Shown here piece after piece: positions 61,674 to 64,000 of a DNA stretch of 64,000 nt (position 1 is the stretch's first letter; every line of letters begins with the position of its first letter). Origin of the DNA: an uncultured Gammaproteobacteria bacterium (GTDB taxonomy: Bacteria; Patescibacteriota; Patescibacteriia; UBA9934; GWF2-40-263); contig CAZIDX010000001.1 of the NCBI GenBank assembly GCA_964538435.1, positions 393 through 64,392 of the forward strand, read 5' to 3'. The notes below the pieces were generated by a model. It had not been told where the DNA came from and ran no database searches. It was given only the letters and a program-made list of their open reading frames with translations. A program made the position numbers and the translations under genes.

Positions 61674-62285
61674 ATGAAAGAACTCGTATTTGCAACGCAC
61701 AATCCAGGCAAAACCGAGGAGATGCGACAGATCCTTGGAGACCTGGGAATCAGCATCCTATCACTCGAGGATCTCGGTATCGATCACGACACCGTGGAGG
61801 ATCAAGACACCTTCAAGGGTAATGCGCTCAAGAAGGCTCGTGAAGCCGCTGAGCTCACAGGCAAGTGGGCCGTAGCTGACGATTCCGGCATCTGCATCGA
61901 CGCACTCAAAGGTCGCCCCGGAGTCTTCTCGGCTCGCTGGGCCCAGATGGAAGCTCCTGGCACAGGCGTTGTCGAGCACACGCTCAACCAGCTCAAGGGC
62001 GTGCCCGAAGCAGAGCGCCAAGCTCAGTTCGTCTCGGTTGCAGCGCTCGTGGCTCCAGACGGGCGTGAGTGGGTGTTCCGCGGCGAAGCAAAGGGCGAGA
62101 TCCTCCTGGCCCCTGTCGATGGAGGTCACAAACCCAAGCTGCCCTACGACATCATCTTCAGGCCAGAAGGTCACAAGCAGACCTTCTCCCAGATGACTGA
62201 CGAGCTCAAGAACGAGCTCAGCCACCGCGGAATCGCATTCCGCAAGCTCGCTGCGTTCCTCACCGAGAACCGCGACCAGCTCTAG
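61674..62285 (+). CDS. rdgB: Non-canonical purine NTP pyrophosphatase (RdgB/HAM1, dITP/XTPase)
   Basis: KELVFATHNPGKTEE...ALKKAREAA...ADDSGICIDALKGRPGVFSARW. Confidence 0.8.
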   Translation: MKELVFATHNPGKTEEMRQILGDLGISILSLEDLGIDHDTVEDQDTFKGNALKKAREAAELTGKWAVADDSGICIDALKGRPGVFSARWAQMEAPGTGVVEHTLNQLKGVPEAERQAQFVSVAALVAPDGREWVFRGEAKGEILLAPVDGGHKPKLPYDIIFRPEGHKQTFSQMTDELKNELSHRGIAFRKLAAFLTENRDQL

Positions 62286-62293
62286 ACTGCACG

Positions 62294-62350
62294 CCTCGTC
62301 CACCAGGACGGGGTTTTTCCAATCAGAAAACCAGGCCCTGAGCCTGGTTT
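62294..62350. terminator. Tandem, convergent rho-independent terminators between rdgB and glyA
   Basis: CCTCGTCC-ACCAG-GACGGGG + T5, then AACCAGGC-CCTG-AGCCTGGTT + T5. Confidence 0.7.
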
Positions 62351-62357
62351 TTGGTTT

Positions 62358-63596
62358 CTAGTACTTCAGATCAGGATACAGAGGAAACTCCAGCGCCAGC
62401 TCTTTCACTTCCTCGTGAATACGCTCAAGTACAGCATCTTCCTCATGGTTTTCAATCACCTCATCAATCCACGCAGCAATCTTCTTCATCTCACCCTCTT
62501 TCATTCCACGAGTGGTAATCGCCGGCGTTCCCAGTCTGATCCCTGACGGATCCATAGGCCCACGCTCATCATCTGGAATCGCGTTCTTGTTCACAGTAAT
62601 TCCAGCCCTATCAAGTGCTTCCTCTGCTTGTTTTCCAGTCACACCCTTTGGCGTCACATCAATCAGTAAGAGGTGGTTATCAGTTCCGCCAAACATCAGG
62701 TTGTAATCAAGAGATCGAAATGCATTCTCAAGTGTTTTGGCATTTGCTTTGATCTGGCGCGCATATTCCTTGAAACTCGGCTCAAGCGCTTCTTTAAACG
62801 CAACCGCCTTTGCAGCAATCACATTCTCATGCGGGCCGCCTTGCAGCCCAGGGAATACGGCCTTGTTTACGGCCTTACGATGTTTTTTCTTGCAAAGAAT
62901 CATTCCACCTCGTGGACCTCGCAGGGTCTTGTGTGTGGTGGTTGTCACAATGTCAAAGATGGGAACCGGGTTGTTCATCTCACCTCCAGCGATCAATCCA
63001 GCAATGTGAGCCATATCAGCCATGGTAAGCGCACCAACCTCATCAGCGATTCGCTTAATCCGCTCGTAATCAATCTCTCGTGAGTACGCACTGTAGCCAA
63101 CCAAGATGAGCTTTGGCTTATGTTCACGAGCCTTTGCCTCAATGTCGTTGTAATCAATGAGTCCTTCTGTTGTTGTCTTGTACCGCACAAAGTTCCAGAT
63201 CTTACTCATGAACGTGACAGGGTGCCCATGCGTAAGATGCCCACCGTGGGAGAGGTCCATTCCTAAAATCGTCTCTCCAGGCTCAACAAGTGCAACATAG
63301 GCAGCAAGATTGGCTGGAGCACCAGAAAGAGGCTGGACATTCACATGCTCTGCACCAAAGAGCTCCTTTGCACGCTCAATAGCAAGATTCTCCATCACAT
63401 CAATCTCTTGGCATCCACCATAATAACGTTTACCAGGATAGCCTTCAGAGTACTTATTCGTAGCAACAGATCCCAGGGCTTCCAGCACAGCAGAAGAAAC
63501 AAAGTTTTCAGACGGAATAAGCTCCAGTCCTTCTTGTTGGCGAGTTAGTTCCCGCTGCATCGCTTCGCTAAGTTGTGGATCGTATGTACTGATCAT
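62358..63596 (-). CDS. glyA: Serine hydroxymethyltransferase
   Basis: ELIPSENF, the PLP-lysine region [14 protein letters not shown]. Confidence 0.9.
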   Translation of the reverse strand: MISTYDPQLSEAMQRELTRQQEGLELIPSENFVSSAVLEALGSVATNKYSEGYPGKRYYGGCQEIDVMENLAIERAKELFGAEHVNVQPLSGAPANLAAYVALVEPGETILGMDLSHGGHLTHGHPVTFMSKIWNFVRYKTTTEGLIDYNDIEAKAREHKPKLILVGYSAYSREIDYERIKRIADEVGALTMADMAHIAGLIAGGEMNNPVPIFDIVTTTTHKTLRGPRGGMILCKKKHRKAVNKAVFPGLQGGPHENVIAAKAVAFKEALEPSFKEYARQIKANAKTLENAFRSLDYNLMFGGTDNHLLLIDVTPKGVTGKQAEEALDRAGITVNKNAIPDDERGPMDPSGIRLGTPAITTRGMKEGEMKKIAAWIDEVIENHEEDAVLERIHEEVKELALEFPLYPDLKY

Positions 63597-63806
63597 ATTA
63601 AATGCTAGTAGCCGCAGGCTTCAGCCTGCGTTGAATGAAACGCGTCTATTCCTGTATTTTTCATCAGCTACAACATACGAAGCAGATATTAGTGAAATAC
63701 TTAGTATGTACATTCTACGTGGCCCCATTGCTATTGACAACCTGGGAAAATATGGCTAAGTTACGTCAACCACGTTGCTTCATCGTGTGTGTGGACTTAG
63801 GAGGTC

Positions 63807-64000
63807 CAGATGTATACAGATGTGACCTCCCGGATTCCTCTCGAGCTAGACTCAGGCCTCATGCGAGGGTCTGCTCGATACCTGCTACGCCTACCTGAAG
63901 AACCCGACATGCAGCAGTTGACTAGGTTGATCGCCGGGGATCAGCTCGCAGTGAGCAGTGACGGTCATCAGGTGGCAGCAGTGGTGCCAGAAGCGTCTGG
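63807..64000 (+). CDS. 3'-truncated CDS; hypothetical, with a weak resemblance to Phd/YefM-type antitoxins
   Basis: RBS TTAGGAGG; the ORF runs off the window end; GC-rich. Confidence 0.3.

Overview
This 64-kb window looks like bacterial chromosome. The backbone has an intermediate GC content (by eye) and carries housekeeping genes. Conspicuously GC-rich modules are embedded in it: about 1-6810 (a 6.8-kb operon), 7650-8480, 23600-26430 and 31250-33200.

Housekeeping genes found:
- cell-wall: ftsI/PBP2, murF, and an MraY/WecA-family transferase;
- the heat-shock set hrcA-grpE-dnaK ... dnaJ, with a perfect CIRCE operator;
- ATPases and DNA metabolism: a ClpC-like ATPase, recQ, dnaB, ybaB, recR;
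- translation and tRNA: tgt, rplU and one tRNA-Glu(CUC);
- metabolism: folD, glyA, rdgB, coaC.

The GC-rich 5' block encodes a lipoprotein, a NitT/TauT-type ABC permease and ATPase, a two-domain classic AAA+ ATPase and an unknown 370-aa protein with a CX4CX2C cysteine cluster. Three genes in this block are preceded by a short covarying leader hairpin built on GGGGAAATCC.

The window is unusually rich in structured repeats:
- a REP-like 44-bp perfect palindrome (CCGATCGG core) in three copies, each lying just beyond a rho-independent terminator and a TTTTCTAATTG linker, at the edges of GC-rich modules;
- 103-bp direct repeats, each carrying a promoter, flanking an SPFH/flotillin module, next to a poly-G-frameshifted HTH regulator gene;
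- two roughly 390-bp mini-elements, each a 95-aa GIY-YIG nuclease gene between about 45-bp terminal inverted repeats, plus a solo repeat end in the murF leader;
- a tandem type-IV-pilin-like gene pair interleaved with micro-ORFs;
- a surface lipoprotein of roughly 940 aa built from about 13 tandem Cys/Asp-rich repeats;
- several further operator-like palindromes.

No CRISPR array, rRNA, transposase or integrase gene was recognised. All functional calls rest on motifs read directly from the sequence and on recollection of protein families; none is database-verified.
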